A DNA stretch of 64,000 nt, from assembly GCA_947478395.1 (NCBI GenBank), contig CANJVR010000008.1, forward strand, positions 1 to 64,000. Reading direction: 5' to 3'. The translations under genes were made by a program, and so were the position numbers. Below, piece after piece: positions 18,542 through 28,894 of the stretch. Source of the DNA: Opitutia bacterium. GTDB lineage: Bacteria; Verrucomicrobiota; Verrucomicrobiia; Opitutales; Opitutaceae. The notes under the pieces are model-generated. The model made no database searches. It saw nothing but the letters and a program-made list of their open reading frames with translations, and was not told the DNA's origin. Numbering within the stretch: position 1 is the stretch's first letter; every line of letters starts with the position of its first letter.

Positions 18542-19780
18542 CTAGGGCGGGCCGAAAATCAGGAGCGTGGCGCCGATCGCGGCCGCGGCGCCGAAGCCAA
18601 AGCAAACCCGCCGCCGGAGAGATTTTTCGCCGAGGGCGACGACCATGCCGGCCTTAAAAGCGAGGTTGGCCATCGCGGCGACGACGATGAGCCGCCAGCC
18701 TGTGCCGGGGGCGACTTCCAGGTTTTTAACGAGCTGAGAGACGGAGAGGGTGATCGCATCCATGTCGGTCAGCCCGGAAATCACGCTCGCGACGTAGAGG
18801 CCCTGCTTGCCGAAGTGCTGGTTGGCGGCGGCGACGACGAGGAGGATGAGCGCGTAGAGCAAGCCGAACATGACCGCCGGTTTCAGTTCTGCGGGGTTGG
18901 CTTGGTCGGGCTGGTCCGTCGGAGCGTTGCCGCTGCGGGAGAGACTCCAACTGCCAAGGAGGGCGAGCACGCCGAGCATCGCGCCGAGAGGAAGCGCGAC
19001 GGCGGGGAGAAAGGGGGGGACCGTTACCCCGACGAGCAGGCCGACGCGCAAAAGCGAGACGGCGGACGCCATCAGAATTACAAAGGTTGCGACCTCCGGG
19101 TTGCCCGGGACTTGCCGGCTCCGCCGTGCCACGCTCACGGTGGTGGCGGTGCTGGAAATCAAACCGCCTAGCACACCACTGGCCCAGGCCCCGGCGCGGA
19201 CGCCGATCAGCTTGTAGGTGACATAGCCACCGAGGCTGAGTCCGACGATGAGGACGACCATCAGCCAGATTTTGAAAGGATTGAGGATGCCGAACGGGCC
19301 ATACACGTGGTTCGGCAGCACGGGTAGAATCACGAGTGAAATCAGCGTGAACTGCATCATCGCGCGGAAGTCGCGGTCGCCGATTTTCTCCGCTAGCGAG
19401 TGGAGCTGTGGTTTCAGGTGTAGCAATACGGCGACTGCGCCGCAGGTCGTGATCGAGACCGCGAGTGCGCCGACCATCGTGTACGCTCCGACGACGAACA
19501 TGAGCAGCATCGTAACCTCAGTCGTCACGCCGGGATGCTCCTCGCCGGTCCGCATCAGCGGAAGATTCCCGCCGAGGATGATAAGCGCCAACGCGCCGAG
19601 TCCGCCGGCTATGATCCATTGACCGAAGTCTTGGGCCAACAGTGCGCACAGCGCTCCGAGTAACGTGATGAGCGGAAACGTGCGAAAGCCCGCGAGCCGG
19701 GCGTCGGTGCGCTGGCGTTGCAGGCCAATGAGCAGACCAAGCCCAAGCGCGATCCCGAGTCGGCTGAAAAGTTCGGTCAT
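18542..19780 (-). CDS. MgtC/SapB family membrane protein with DUF4010 domain
   Basis: GLLIGLQR...AGFRTF, NPFKIWLMVVLI, GGLISSTATT and GLTDMDAIT. Confidence 0.85.
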   Translation of the reverse strand: MTELFSRLGIALGLGLLIGLQRQRTDARLAGFRTFPLITLLGALCALLAQDFGQWIIAGGLGALALIILGGNLPLMRTGEEHPGVTTEVTMLLMFVVGAYTMVGALAVSITTCGAVAVLLHLKPQLHSLAEKIGDRDFRAMMQFTLISLVILPVLPNHVYGPFGILNPFKIWLMVVLIVGLSLGGYVTYKLIGVRAGAWASGVLGGLISSTATTVSVARRSRQVPGNPEVATFVILMASAVSLLRVGLLVGVTVPPFLPAVALPLGAMLGVLALLGSWSLSRSGNAPTDQPDQANPAELKPAVMFGLLYALILLVVAAANQHFGKQGLYVASVISGLTDMDAITLSVSQLVKNLEVAPGTGWRLIVVAAMANLAFKAGMVVALGEKSLRRRVCFGFGAAAAIGATLLIFGPP

Positions 19781-19941
19781 GGGTGGGGAAGCCGAGGTTG
19801 CGCAGGGTCTCCGTAAAACTCCAGCTCAGGCGCGGATTGCTCCGGAGGCTCGCGGTGGATAGCTCGGAAGACCGGTTGGGGCGAGGCGGGGATTGAAGGA
19901 GCTTGATGGACCGCACCGTGGATTCGGGGCGATCGAAGCGC

Positions 19942-21036
19942 TCAGGATTCTCCCGTGATTTCCCGGGTGCTTCGGCCGTGCGGGGACCAAATCTCCAGCA
20001 ACACCATCGTGATCGTGAGCACGACCGGGCCGAGAATCAGGCCGGCGGGGCCGAAGACGATGAGGCCACCGACAAGGGAGATGAACGCGAGGATCGTGTG
20101 CTGTTTCAGGCGTTTTCCGACGAGGATCGGGCAAAGCAAGTTGTCGACGGTGCCAACGACGACCACGCCCCACGCCGTAAGAATCAGGGCCTTGCTCCAC
20201 TCCCCGTCCAACCCGAGAAACAGAGCCGCCGGTATCCAGATGATAAACGCCCCGAAGACCGGGACAATGGCGAGCAACGCCATCACCGTGCCCCAAAGCA
20301 ACGGGGTGGGCAGATCGAGCCACCAGAACATCAGCCCGCCGAGCAAACCTTGAACGCCGGCGACGGCGAGCGTGCCGTAAACCGTGGCGTGGATCGTGTC
20401 GCCCACGCGGCTGAAGAGCCGGTCCATCTCGGCGGAAGTCAGCGGCAGCAGGGTACGGAGCGATCCGAGTGCCGCGTGGCGGTCGCGCAGAAAAAAGAAA
20501 AGCAGGTAGAAGATCAGAAAAAACCCGGTGACTTGGAAGATGGAGCCCTTGACGATCGAACCGGTCGTGGTGCTCAGCCACGCAGTGAGGCGCTGGACGG
20601 TGCCGGGGAGATCGATTTGTTGTTCGATGCGATTCACGAGCGGGGTGAGGCGCGGCTCGCGTTGGAGGGCTTCCCGCCACTGGCCGGATATGATTTTCGA
20701 TTCCAACCGTTCCGCGCCTTTGGCGGCCTGCACGACCATCTGCTGGCCCACGAACATGGCGGGGACGACGACGATTACGCCGATGGCCAGCGAGGCAATC
20801 AGGGCCGCTGCGCTGGGGCGCTTGAGCTTGGCTTCCAGCCAGCGTTGGAACGGCGCGAACAAAACCGCCAGGGCGAGTGCCCACGCGAGCGCCGGAATAA
20901 ACGGTCCGGCCATGAGGTAACACAGATAAATTCCTGAAGCGGTCGCCGCCAGAAGCACGAGAGTCTGGAGGTGATGACGGGGGTCGCGGTCGGTGGCGGC
21001 GCGGGCCGTCGGTTCCTTGGGGTCGGGTTCGTTCAT
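19942..21036 (-). CDS. AI-2E family transporter
   Basis: FFFLRD, DNLLCP and GGLIVFGPAGLILGP; multiple TM segments. Confidence 0.88.
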   Translation of the reverse strand: MNEPDPKEPTARAATDRDPRHHLQTLVLLAATASGIYLCYLMAGPFIPALAWALALAVLFAPFQRWLEAKLKRPSAAALIASLAIGVIVVVPAMFVGQQMVVQAAKGAERLESKIISGQWREALQREPRLTPLVNRIEQQIDLPGTVQRLTAWLSTTTGSIVKGSIFQVTGFFLIFYLLFFFLRDRHAALGSLRTLLPLTSAEMDRLFSRVGDTIHATVYGTLAVAGVQGLLGGLMFWWLDLPTPLLWGTVMALLAIVPVFGAFIIWIPAALFLGLDGEWSKALILTAWGVVVVGTVDNLLCPILVGKRLKQHTILAFISLVGGLIVFGPAGLILGPVVLTITMVLLEIWSPHGRSTREITGES

Positions 21037-21352
21037 GCGTCCATGTTGCGAGAAAGCCGGATGGGAGCAATGGGTGTTGTCCGAAGACTCGGGTCATCGC
21101 GTCGACCAAGGCAGACAACGTTTGCCGGCCGATCGCAATGGAGGCGGTGGCGACATGTGCCCGTTGCTCGGCCGCCAAGGACATGGCGGCTAAACGGCTC
21201 GTTTTCGGAGCTGTAAGCGGGCTGCCCTCAATCCGCAAAACGTCGCAGCGGGAATCCACGTCGGTGCGCGGTCAGCGCATCCCGCCCAAAAATAATTGGA
21301 GCGGGGCGGTGGCAGGGCGCGGTCGCTCGACGTGAGAGTTTCAGGGAACGGT

Positions 21353-22615
21353 TCAGGTTGCACTGAGCGCCGCGATCTCACGCGCGCCGACCGCGAGGAA
21401 GGCCACCATCACGAGGACCAGCACGACATTGGTCAGCGGACGATTGTGCCGGAGTGGCGCTGGAAACGGCACGCGGTTGTTCAGATAGAGCAGGGTGCCC
21501 GCGACGAAGGGAACGAAAAGGCTGCCGATCACGGTGAATACGACGATCACGGCCAGCGGGCGTGCGGTGAAAGCGAATGGTACCGAGGCCGCGGCCATGA
21601 AGCCGAGCCCGGTGCGATAGACCGGCGAGGTGCTTTGCAGAGCGGCCTGGCGTTTTTCGTCCGGCAGCTGGCGAAGGACACCGTAGCAGTCGGCGGCGAT
21701 GTTCGGCACGCTCTGCCAGACTCCGAAGAGCGAAGCGACGACGGCGGCCCAGAAGCCGAGCGAGTAGATCCATTTTCCGGCCGGGCCCATCAAGGCGCCG
21801 AGATGGGAGGCCATGCCCGAGACCGCGTCGGTGCCGCTAACGGTGGTGCCGGTCGCGTGAAACGCGCGGCCGGCGATGAGCATGATGGCGATGCCGAAGA
21901 GCGCGGTGAAAATATAAGCGAGCGCGAGATCGCGGCGGACGGCGGGGAGTTCGCCATGACTGATTTTTCCCTCGGCGCGCAGGAGATAATTATAACTCAG
22001 CAACGTGATCGAACCGCCAATCCCGCCGATCACGGAAAGCACGTAAGCGCCGCCGCCAGTGGGAACTGTTGGCCGCATCAGGCCCTTGAGCGCGGCGACG
22101 GGCTCGCGAAAAGAAAATGCGGCGCAGAGCACCACGCTCACAAACATAACAACGACGAGCGGCTTCATCGCGCGGGCGAACCCGCGGGTCGGGGCGGAAT
22201 AAATGAAAACGAACGCGACCAGCGCGTGCGCGAGCGCGCCCCAGCGATGCGACACGGCCCCGCCGGTGAGATTCTCCACGGCGAGGCCGCAACCGGTGAT
22301 GAGCGCGCCGCTGACTGCGATCGACCAGAGTACGACATAGACCGCAAATGCGATCAGCACCCAGCGCGGAAGATAGCGCGCCCAGCCCTCAAGCATCGTG
22401 GTGCCCGTGGCGAGTTGCCAACGCGCCATGCCCTCACTTAGGACGAACTTAAAAAACGCGCCAAGCGCGACGGCCCAAAGCAATTGTGGTCCGTAGGTCG
22501 CGCCACCGATCGTGGCGGTCATCACATCGCTCGCGCCGATCCCGCTCGCGGCCATGATCAAGCCCGGGCCGAGCCAGCCAAGAGTCGGTGCCCTCGCGGT
22601 CGGTGGAGTCGTCAC
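21353..22615 (-). CDS. NRAMP-family-like divalent metal transporter
   Basis: LGPGLIMAASGIGASD, YG.QLLWA and RWQLATG; many TM segments; lacks the canonical DPGN. Confidence 0.7.
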   Translation of the reverse strand: MTTPPTARAPTLGWLGPGLIMAASGIGASDVMTATIGGATYGPQLLWAVALGAFFKFVLSEGMARWQLATGTTMLEGWARYLPRWVLIAFAVYVVLWSIAVSGALITGCGLAVENLTGGAVSHRWGALAHALVAFVFIYSAPTRGFARAMKPLVVVMFVSVVLCAAFSFREPVAALKGLMRPTVPTGGGAYVLSVIGGIGGSITLLSYNYLLRAEGKISHGELPAVRRDLALAYIFTALFGIAIMLIAGRAFHATGTTVSGTDAVSGMASHLGALMGPAGKWIYSLGFWAAVVASLFGVWQSVPNIAADCYGVLRQLPDEKRQAALQSTSPVYRTGLGFMAAASVPFAFTARPLAVIVVFTVIGSLFVPFVAGTLLYLNNRVPFPAPLRHNRPLTNVVLVLVMVAFLAVGAREIAALSAT

Positions 22616-22673
22616 GCGCGAGACTCGGTCAGTAATCGCGGCGGAACGCGAATAAAGTTCGCGCGCTCACGAC

Positions 22674-22743
22674 GTAGCGGGAGGCGTCCCTGCCTGCCGA
22701 ATCGACGACGCCGAACCCGGCAGGCAGAGACGCCTGCCGCTAC
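22674..22743. repeat. REP family A doublet
   Basis: GTAGCGGGAGGCGTCCCTGCCTGCCG...CGGCAGGCAGAGACGCCTGCCGCTAC. Confidence 0.9.
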
Positions 22744-22799
22744 ACAACACGATCACGGAGCAACCTGAACGTTTCTAAAAAATTGGCACCAACGCTCGA

Positions 22800-25700
22800 T
22801 CACGCCGCTCGCCCCAATTTCCGACCGTGCAGCCAGACGAAAATCACCGGCGTAACGACGAGAATATGAATGAGGGAGGACAACATTCCGCCCACCACGG
22901 GTGCGGCAAGCGGCTGCATGACCTCGACGCCGGTGCGCGTGCTCCAGAAAATCGGGAGCAGGCCGGCGACAGCGGTGGCGACCGTCATCACTTTGGGGCG
23001 AAGGCGGAGTCGGGCGCCTTCCTTTACGGCGGCGATGAGTTCGGGAAGGGTTAATTGTAGAGCGGGATCGGCCGCGCCCGGACCACTCCGCATCCGTTTC
23101 GCGTCGGTGGCATTTTTCACGGCTTCGTTCAAATAGACGACCATCACCACGCCGGTCTGAATCGCGGTCCCAAACAGCGCGATGTAACCCACCCACACCG
23201 CCACGCTGAAATTGAAACCCATGAACCACTGGAGCAGCACGCCGCCGGTGAGCGCGAACGGCACGGCTAGGATGACGTGGGCCGCTTCGGCCGCGGAGTG
23301 AAACGTGAGCGTCAGAACGATGAAAATGATCGCGAGCACGACGGGAAGAATCAGGCGAAGCGTCGCCCGGGCGCGGAGTTGGTTTTCATACTGCCCGCTC
23401 CATTCGACGGTCATTCCCGGATCCATTTTCACCTCACGATCGACGCGAGTCTTCGCCTCGTCGACGAATGAACCGAGATCGCGTCCGGTCACATTGGCCT
23501 GAACGAAAACCCGGAGCCGCCCATTCTCGCTGGCGATCTCGTTGGGGCCGATCACGCGTTCGATGGTGGCAATCTGGCCGAGCGGAATCGTGCGCATCGC
23601 GGCGCCATTTTCCCCCGGGATCGAAACGGGCAGCGCGCCGAGTCGGTCGAGGTCTTCGCGGTCGGCCCGTTCGAACCGGACCTGCACGGGCCAGCGCTCC
23701 CGGCCTTGGATGCTCGTGCTGAAATTTTTTCCACCGATGCCGGTTTCGACCACGGCGAGCACGTCTGCAACGTTGAGTCCGTAACGCGCCAAGGCCGCGC
23801 GGTCGGGCGTGATTTCGAGATAAGGTTTCCCCTGCACCCGCGATGGTGCCACGCCGGTTGCCCCGGAGATTTTGTTCACGACCTGTTCCACTTCGAAGGC
23901 TTTTTTTTGCAGCGCGTCGAGATCGTCGCCAAAAATCTTGATGCCGAGCTGCGCGCGGATTCCGGTCGCGAGCATCAGGATGCGATTTTCAATCGGCTGT
24001 AAAAATCCGGGCACGTAGCCGGGCACCTGGGTGAGCTTGGTCGTGAGTTCGGCGATGAGTTTTTCCTTGGTCATCCCGGTCCGCCACTGCGAAACCGGTT
24101 TTAACATGATCGTCGTTTCGATCATCTCGGTTGGCGCGGGATCGGTCGCCGTATCGAACCGGCCAAGCTTGCCGGCGACGCTGGCCACTTCGGGCGTCTC
24201 GCCGATGACGCGATCCTGCCAGGCCATGATGCGCTTCACCTCCGTGAGCGACGTGCTCGGGAGGAGAACCGGCATGAAGAGCAGCGACCCTTCCTGCAGC
24301 GTCGGCATGAACTCGGAACCGAAGCCAGAGAGACGCGCAGAGAGCTGGGGGCTGAAGGTGGAGAGCGGATCACGGACGAACCGCGGGACGCCGAAGGCGA
24401 CCACGACGCAGGAGGCGAGGAGCGTGGCCGCGAGCGCGAGCACGGTTTTGCGGCGGCGAAGGGCCCAGTCGAGGACCGGATCGTAGACGGCCAGCAAGCC
24501 ACGCATGACCCAGTTGCGTTCCTCGGGGTGGAATGGACCGCGCACTAGAAAAGTGCACAACACCGGGACGAGCGTGACGGCGAGAACGGTGGCACCGATC
24601 ATCGCGAAGGTCTTGGTCCACGCGAGAGGATGAAATAAATTTCCCTCCTGTCCGGTGAGTTGAAAGATCGGGATGAACGCCAGAATGATGATGCCCATCG
24701 CAAAAAAAATGGGGCGGCCGACGTGCAGGGAAGCGGTCAGGGTCACCTGCCACGTTTCTTCACGCGTGAGCGGGCGGCTGAGTTTTCTCTCCTCGAGTTC
24801 GCAGTGCCGAATGACGTTTTCGGTCATCACGATCGCGGCGTCCACCAGCACGCCGATGGCGATAGCGATTCCGGTCAGGGACATGATGTGCGACTGGATG
24901 CCGAACTCCTTCATCAAAATAAACGCGACGAGGATCGAGGCCGGCAGCGGCACCGTGACGATGAGAATGCTCCGGAAGTGGAAGAGGAAAATCACGTGCA
25001 TCAACGTCACCAGAATGACCGCCTCCCAGAGCGTGTGCTTGAGCGTGTCGATCGCGCGATCGATCAAGTCGCTGCGATCGTAGAACGACTCAATCGTGAT
25101 GCCGGGCGGCAGCCCGCCGCTGATTTGCGCGATCCGGGCTTTTACGTCCTTGATGACTTGATCGGCGTTTTCTCCCGTGCGCATGACGACCGCGCCGCCG
25201 ACGACTTCATGGCCGTCGACGTCGAGGAGTCCGCGGCGATAGTCGCCGCCGACCTGCACGGTGGCGACATCGCGGAGGTACACCGGTGCGCCCTCGCGGA
25301 CCGTGAGCGCGATGACCTCGAGATCGGCGGCGGACGTGATCAGGCCGCGTCCGCGCACGACGAACTCCAGACCGTTTTCCTCCAGCGTGCGGCCACCGAC
25401 GTTGAGATTGTTTTTGCCGATGGCGTCCATGATCTGCTCCAGCGAAACGCCGAGCTGTTTCATGCGGAGCGAGGAGATCTCGACCTGCCACTGGCGGACG
25501 AAGCCGCCGATGCTCGCGACTTCGGCGACACCCGGAACGGCGGCGAGTTGGTAACGAACGAAATAATCCTGAAGCGCGCGCAGGGAACCGAGGTCCTGTT
25601 TACCCGACGTATCTTTTAGATAGTATTGAAACACCCAACCGAGGCCGGTGGCGTCGGGCCCGAGGCGGGGCGTGACGCCGGCGGGCAGGATGTTACCGAG

Positions 25701-26048
25701 ATAGTTGAGCCGCTCGAGGACGCGCGTGCGGGCGAAATAATTGTCGAGCTTGTCCTCGAAGATCACGGTGATCAGCGAGAATCCAAACATCGAGGAAGCG
25801 CGCACGGTGCGCACCCCGGCCAGACCCTGCAAATTGACCGAGAGCGGATAGGTGACTTGGTCCTCGACCTCGCGGGGGCTGCGACCTTCCCAGTCGGCGA
25901 AGACGATCACCTGGTTTTCGCTGAGATCGGGGATCGCGTCGACCGGCACGTGACGCACCGCGAAAATGCCCCAGCCGAAGAGGAGCAGCGTTGCGCCGAG
26001 AACCATGAAACGGTTCTCCATCGACCAGCGAATGAGGCGCGAAATCAT
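22800..26048 (-). CDS. cusA: CusA/CzcA family heavy-metal RND efflux pump (Cu/Ag type)
   Basis: DAIPDLSENQVIV, GPDATGLGW and RLRPKVMT; Met residues equivalent to the CusA Cu(I) triad in EGSLLFMP, APTEMIET and NRILMLATG. Confidence 0.92.
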   Translation of the reverse strand: MISRLIRWSMENRFMVLGATLLLFGWGIFAVRHVPVDAIPDLSENQVIVFADWEGRSPREVEDQVTYPLSVNLQGLAGVRTVRASSMFGFSLITVIFEDKLDNYFARTRVLERLNYLGNILPAGVTPRLGPDATGLGWVFQYYLKDTSGKQDLGSLRALQDYFVRYQLAAVPGVAEVASIGGFVRQWQVEISSLRMKQLGVSLEQIMDAIGKNNLNVGGRTLEENGLEFVVRGRGLITSAADLEVIALTVREGAPVYLRDVATVQVGGDYRRGLLDVDGHEVVGGAVVMRTGENADQVIKDVKARIAQISGGLPPGITIESFYDRSDLIDRAIDTLKHTLWEAVILVTLMHVIFLFHFRSILIVTVPLPASILVAFILMKEFGIQSHIMSLTGIAIAIGVLVDAAIVMTENVIRHCELEERKLSRPLTREETWQVTLTASLHVGRPIFFAMGIIILAFIPIFQLTGQEGNLFHPLAWTKTFAMIGATVLAVTLVPVLCTFLVRGPFHPEERNWVMRGLLAVYDPVLDWALRRRKTVLALAATLLASCVVVAFGVPRFVRDPLSTFSPQLSARLSGFGSEFMPTLQEGSLLFMPVLLPSTSLTEVKRIMAWQDRVIGETPEVASVAGKLGRFDTATDPAPTEMIETTIMLKPVSQWRTGMTKEKLIAELTTKLTQVPGYVPGFLQPIENRILMLATGIRAQLGIKIFGDDLDALQKKAFEVEQVVNKISGATGVAPSRVQGKPYLEITPDRAALARYGLNVADVLAVVETGIGGKNFSTSIQGRERWPVQVRFERADREDLDRLGALPVSIPGENGAAMRTIPLGQIATIERVIGPNEIASENGRLRVFVQANVTGRDLGSFVDEAKTRVDREVKMDPGMTVEWSGQYENQLRARATLRLILPVVLAIIFIVLTLTFHSAAEAAHVILAVPFALTGGVLLQWFMGFNFSVAVWVGYIALFGTAIQTGVVMVVYLNEAVKNATDAKRMRSGPGAADPALQLTLPELIAAVKEGARLRLRPKVMTVATAVAGLLPIFWSTRTGVEVMQPLAAPVVGGMLSSLIHILVVTPVIFVWLHGRKLGRAA

Positions 26049-27655
26049 GGCACTTCCGCGCCGCAATCCGGCATCGTGGAACCGAAGAAAGGATTTTTAA
26101 GCGGCTGACTCCGTTGCACCCAGCGGCCTTTGCCGGCAACGGGAGCCATCGGGCATTGAAAAATCTTCACCCCCAGTCGGGCGCGGTGTGGTTTGAGCAA
26201 ATCTGCGACGGCCGTGCTCCAAGGCTCAAAGGACCGCCGCGCGGATTTTAGGTCGGCCCCGGGATCGATTTGGGGCAGCGAAAACGCTTTCGCGGCGACG
26301 CTGAGAGCGGGGAAAATTTTCTGATAGGCCGCGTAGTCATCGGCGCCGAGCGCGGCTGCTGCGTCGATGGCCGCAACCGCCAGCGCGGCGAGCGGATCAG
26401 CGGCCTTCGCGATCAGTGTAGGCGGGGTGGCCTCACCCCGCATGATCGCGCCCGTGGCGGGTGAGGGCACCGGACCTCCATTAATAATTTCAACGGAGGG
26501 CGCGCTTGCCTCCGCGGCCAGCTGGGCTTGCGCATCGAGCAGGAGCGCGCCGTGGGTGACGACCTTCTCGTTCTCCGTCAGACCAGCGAGGATTTCGACG
26601 AGACTGTCGCCGCGTCGGCCGAGGGTGAGTGGCCGTTGCTGGTAGCGACCTTCGCCCATATCGACATACGCCACGGGTCCGCGGCCGCGATCGAGGATCG
26701 CCGCGCGGGGCGCCGCCAGCACCGCCGGCGATTCCATCAGGACGCGGCCCTCCGCGAGCACGCGGTGCGGCAGACGGTGGGGCACGCCGCCGACACTGTA
26801 GTGTGGGTTCGGCAGAATCGCGCGGACTTTCGCGGTGCGGGTGGTTTCGTTAAAATTCGGGTCGATGAAATCGATCGGCGCGTGCATCACTTCGCCCGGT
26901 ACGGCGCGCGTCGTGAATTCGATTTGCTGCCCGACGCTGAGCCATGGGATGTCCTGTTCGTAAGCGTCGAAGACGAACCACATGCGGGAAAAGTCGGCGA
27001 GTTCAAGGAGGCGATCGCTCGCGCCGACGTACTGGCCCTCGTAGACCGATTTCGAAACGACGGTGCCGGCGAACGGCGCGCGCACCGTGATGGTCGCCGA
27101 AGGCTGAAGGGAATTTTCCAGCACGGCGACATCCGCGGCGGTGAGCCCGAGTTCGAGTAAACGCTCACGCGCCGCGGCGAGATCGGTCGCGGCGATCGCT
27201 GCGCTGGCGCGGAGTCGCTCAACATAGATTCGCTCCGCGGTGAGCACCTCGGGGCTGAACAACGTGACGAGTGGCTGGTCGGCCTGGACCTCGGCGCCGA
27301 CGTAGTTGATGTGAAGTTTTTCGACCCGGCCGGGCACGCGGGCGGCGACGACGCGATGCCGCGTGTCGTCATCTTCAATCCGGCCCGTGACCCGCAGGGT
27401 GTGGATCAACGGCTGGCGCGAGACCGTGGCGGTCTCGACGCCGATGACGGTTACGCTGGAGGGCGATAGCGCGACGAAGCCCGCAGGGGCCATTTCGCTG
27501 CTCGCCGCGACGAGCGGCATGCCGCAGATCGTGCACTTCGCACCGGCGTGGTCGGCGTGAATCCACGGGTGCATCGGGCACCGGTAAACGGTGCCGGCGG
27601 CGTGGACCAGTGCGGCGGCCAGAAACAAAGTGAACGTCAAAAAATAGCGGAGCAT
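26045..27655 (-). CDS. cusB: CusB-like periplasmic adaptor with N- and C-terminal heavy-metal-binding domains
   Basis: YRCPMHP...KCTICGM N-terminus, membrane-fusion core, FQCPM...KNPFFGSTMPDCG C-terminus; overlaps the cusA start. Confidence 0.88.
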   Translation of the reverse strand: MLRYFLTFTLFLAAALVHAAGTVYRCPMHPWIHADHAGAKCTICGMPLVAASSEMAPAGFVALSPSSVTVIGVETATVSRQPLIHTLRVTGRIEDDDTRHRVVAARVPGRVEKLHINYVGAEVQADQPLVTLFSPEVLTAERIYVERLRASAAIAATDLAAARERLLELGLTAADVAVLENSLQPSATITVRAPFAGTVVSKSVYEGQYVGASDRLLELADFSRMWFVFDAYEQDIPWLSVGQQIEFTTRAVPGEVMHAPIDFIDPNFNETTRTAKVRAILPNPHYSVGGVPHRLPHRVLAEGRVLMESPAVLAAPRAAILDRGRGPVAYVDMGEGRYQQRPLTLGRRGDSLVEILAGLTENEKVVTHGALLLDAQAQLAAEASAPSVEIINGGPVPSPATGAIMRGEATPPTLIAKAADPLAALAVAAIDAAAALGADDYAAYQKIFPALSVAAKAFSLPQIDPGADLKSARRSFEPWSTAVADLLKPHRARLGVKIFQCPMAPVAGKGRWVQRSQPLKNPFFGSTMPDCGAEVP

Positions 27656-27740
27656 GGGCATGGAATGAAACGAGAACACCGGCGCGTGGAACTCGGTTTC
27701 GCGGTCGGCGATGACCTGAAACCGAGTTGGCCGACGCGGC

Positions 27741-28040
27741 TTACGGTTTCTTGGCCTTGGCCGCATCAAGTTTCGCGAGGTATTTGGCGGGCTCTTTTTC
27801 GAAATCCTTCACGCAATCCTTGCAGCACAACTGAACCACGCGGTCCGGTTTGCCTGCTGCCTTGTAGATATATTCGAAGGGCTTGCCCATTTCGCCGAGC
27901 TTGTCGCCGGAGACGACGCAGGTTTCAGACTTCGCGGGAGCCGGATCGGTGGCGGTCGGCGCCGTGTGATCAGCCGCAAGGGCGGTAAGGGCCAAGAGGC
28001 CGGCGATAAGTGCGGGCGGAAGGACGTGACGGATTTTCAT
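27741..28040 (-). CDS. Small exported YHS/TRASH-like metal-binding protein
   Basis: Signal peptide; CVVSG..LGEMG.P and CCKDC...F...P.KY. Confidence 0.8.
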   Translation of the reverse strand: MKIRHVLPPALIAGLLALTALAADHTAPTATDPAPAKSETCVVSGDKLGEMGKPFEYIYKAAGKPDRVVQLCCKDCVKDFEKEPAKYLAKLDAAKAKKP

Positions 28041-28081
28041 GATTATGATGATTTGAAACAGAGAACTCGTTTACCCAAACC

Positions 28082-28148
28082 ACTACACCCGTCATCCGTG
28101 AAACCCTCAAAATTTTTTCAAGGGATTTTCCGCTGAGCGGGGTATAGT
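28082..28148. promoter_or_regulatory. Candidate back-to-back ECF sigma promoters
   Basis: Plus strand AGGG-N16-GGTATAGT and minus strand AGGG-N14-GGTGTAGT, each pointing at one divergent operon. Confidence 0.45.
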
Positions 28149-28163
28149 AGCGTGATCGATCCG

Positions 28164-28469
28164 ATGAAGACACCCGAAACCAAAGATTTCCTCTCTCGCG
28201 CCTTGGACGAATGGCGCATCACGCCGCGCCGCAGTCCCAACCTTCGGGCTGCAACGTGGGCCCGGATCGAAGCCACGCGAGCCGGCCGGACTTGGTTGGA
28301 GTACGCTGCGGCGCACCGAACCCTGGTCGCCAGCCTAGCCGTCGTCGCGCTTTTGGTCGGGGGCTGGATTGGCCGCGAGCGCGCTCAGCTCCGCCGGGAA
28401 GTCGATCGCGCGCAACTGGCGGAAAGCTACGTGCGGTCGCTCGATGCGCGTACGATGAATCTCCAATGA
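28164..28469 (+). CDS. Putative single-pass anti-sigma factor (CnrY-like position)
   Basis: About 100 aa, one TM segment, LSRALDEW...WARI N-terminus; ATGA overlap with the next gene. Confidence 0.6.
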   Translation: MKTPETKDFLSRALDEWRITPRRSPNLRAATWARIEATRAGRTWLEYAAAHRTLVASLAVVALLVGGWIGRERAQLRREVDRAQLAESYVRSLDARTMNLQ

Positions 28470-28894
28470 AGAATTTTCTAATCACGCTGTTGGTCGCCGT
28501 CGCGGCGGGGGTCGTCGCATTTGGCGTGGGTTACGCGGCGAATACTCAACCCGCACTCCACCGTGCCGCCCTCGAACGGGACGCGATGGCGTGGCTGCGC
28601 ACGGAGTTTCAGCTCAACGACGCCCAATACGCTTCAATCGGGAAACTGCACGACGACTACGGGTTGGTCTGCGGCGAACACTGCACGGCCATCATGGCGG
28701 CGAAAAAAAGAAACGCACCCGCCGCTGAAATCGGGGCGCTGGAAAAAATCTGCGTCAACGCGATGATGGAGCATTTCCAACGGGTGGCGGCGCTGATGCC
28801 GCCGGGACAGGGCGCGCGCTATCTCGCGATCGTGCGGCCGCGGGTGGATGACTACGATCATGCGGCCGCCCCAACCGTGCAGGTGAAACCTTGA
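28466..28894 (+). CDS. Periplasmic heavy-metal sensor (CnrX-like), Cys/His/Met-rich
   Basis: N-terminal TM; WLRTEFQLNDAQ, LHDDY..VCGEHC and ICVNAMMEHF..V...M.P.Q..RY. Confidence 0.7.
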   Translation: MKNFLITLLVAVAAGVVAFGVGYAANTQPALHRAALERDAMAWLRTEFQLNDAQYASIGKLHDDYGLVCGEHCTAIMAAKKRNAPAAEIGALEKICVNAMMEHFQRVAALMPPGQGARYLAIVRPRVDDYDHAAAPTVQVKP

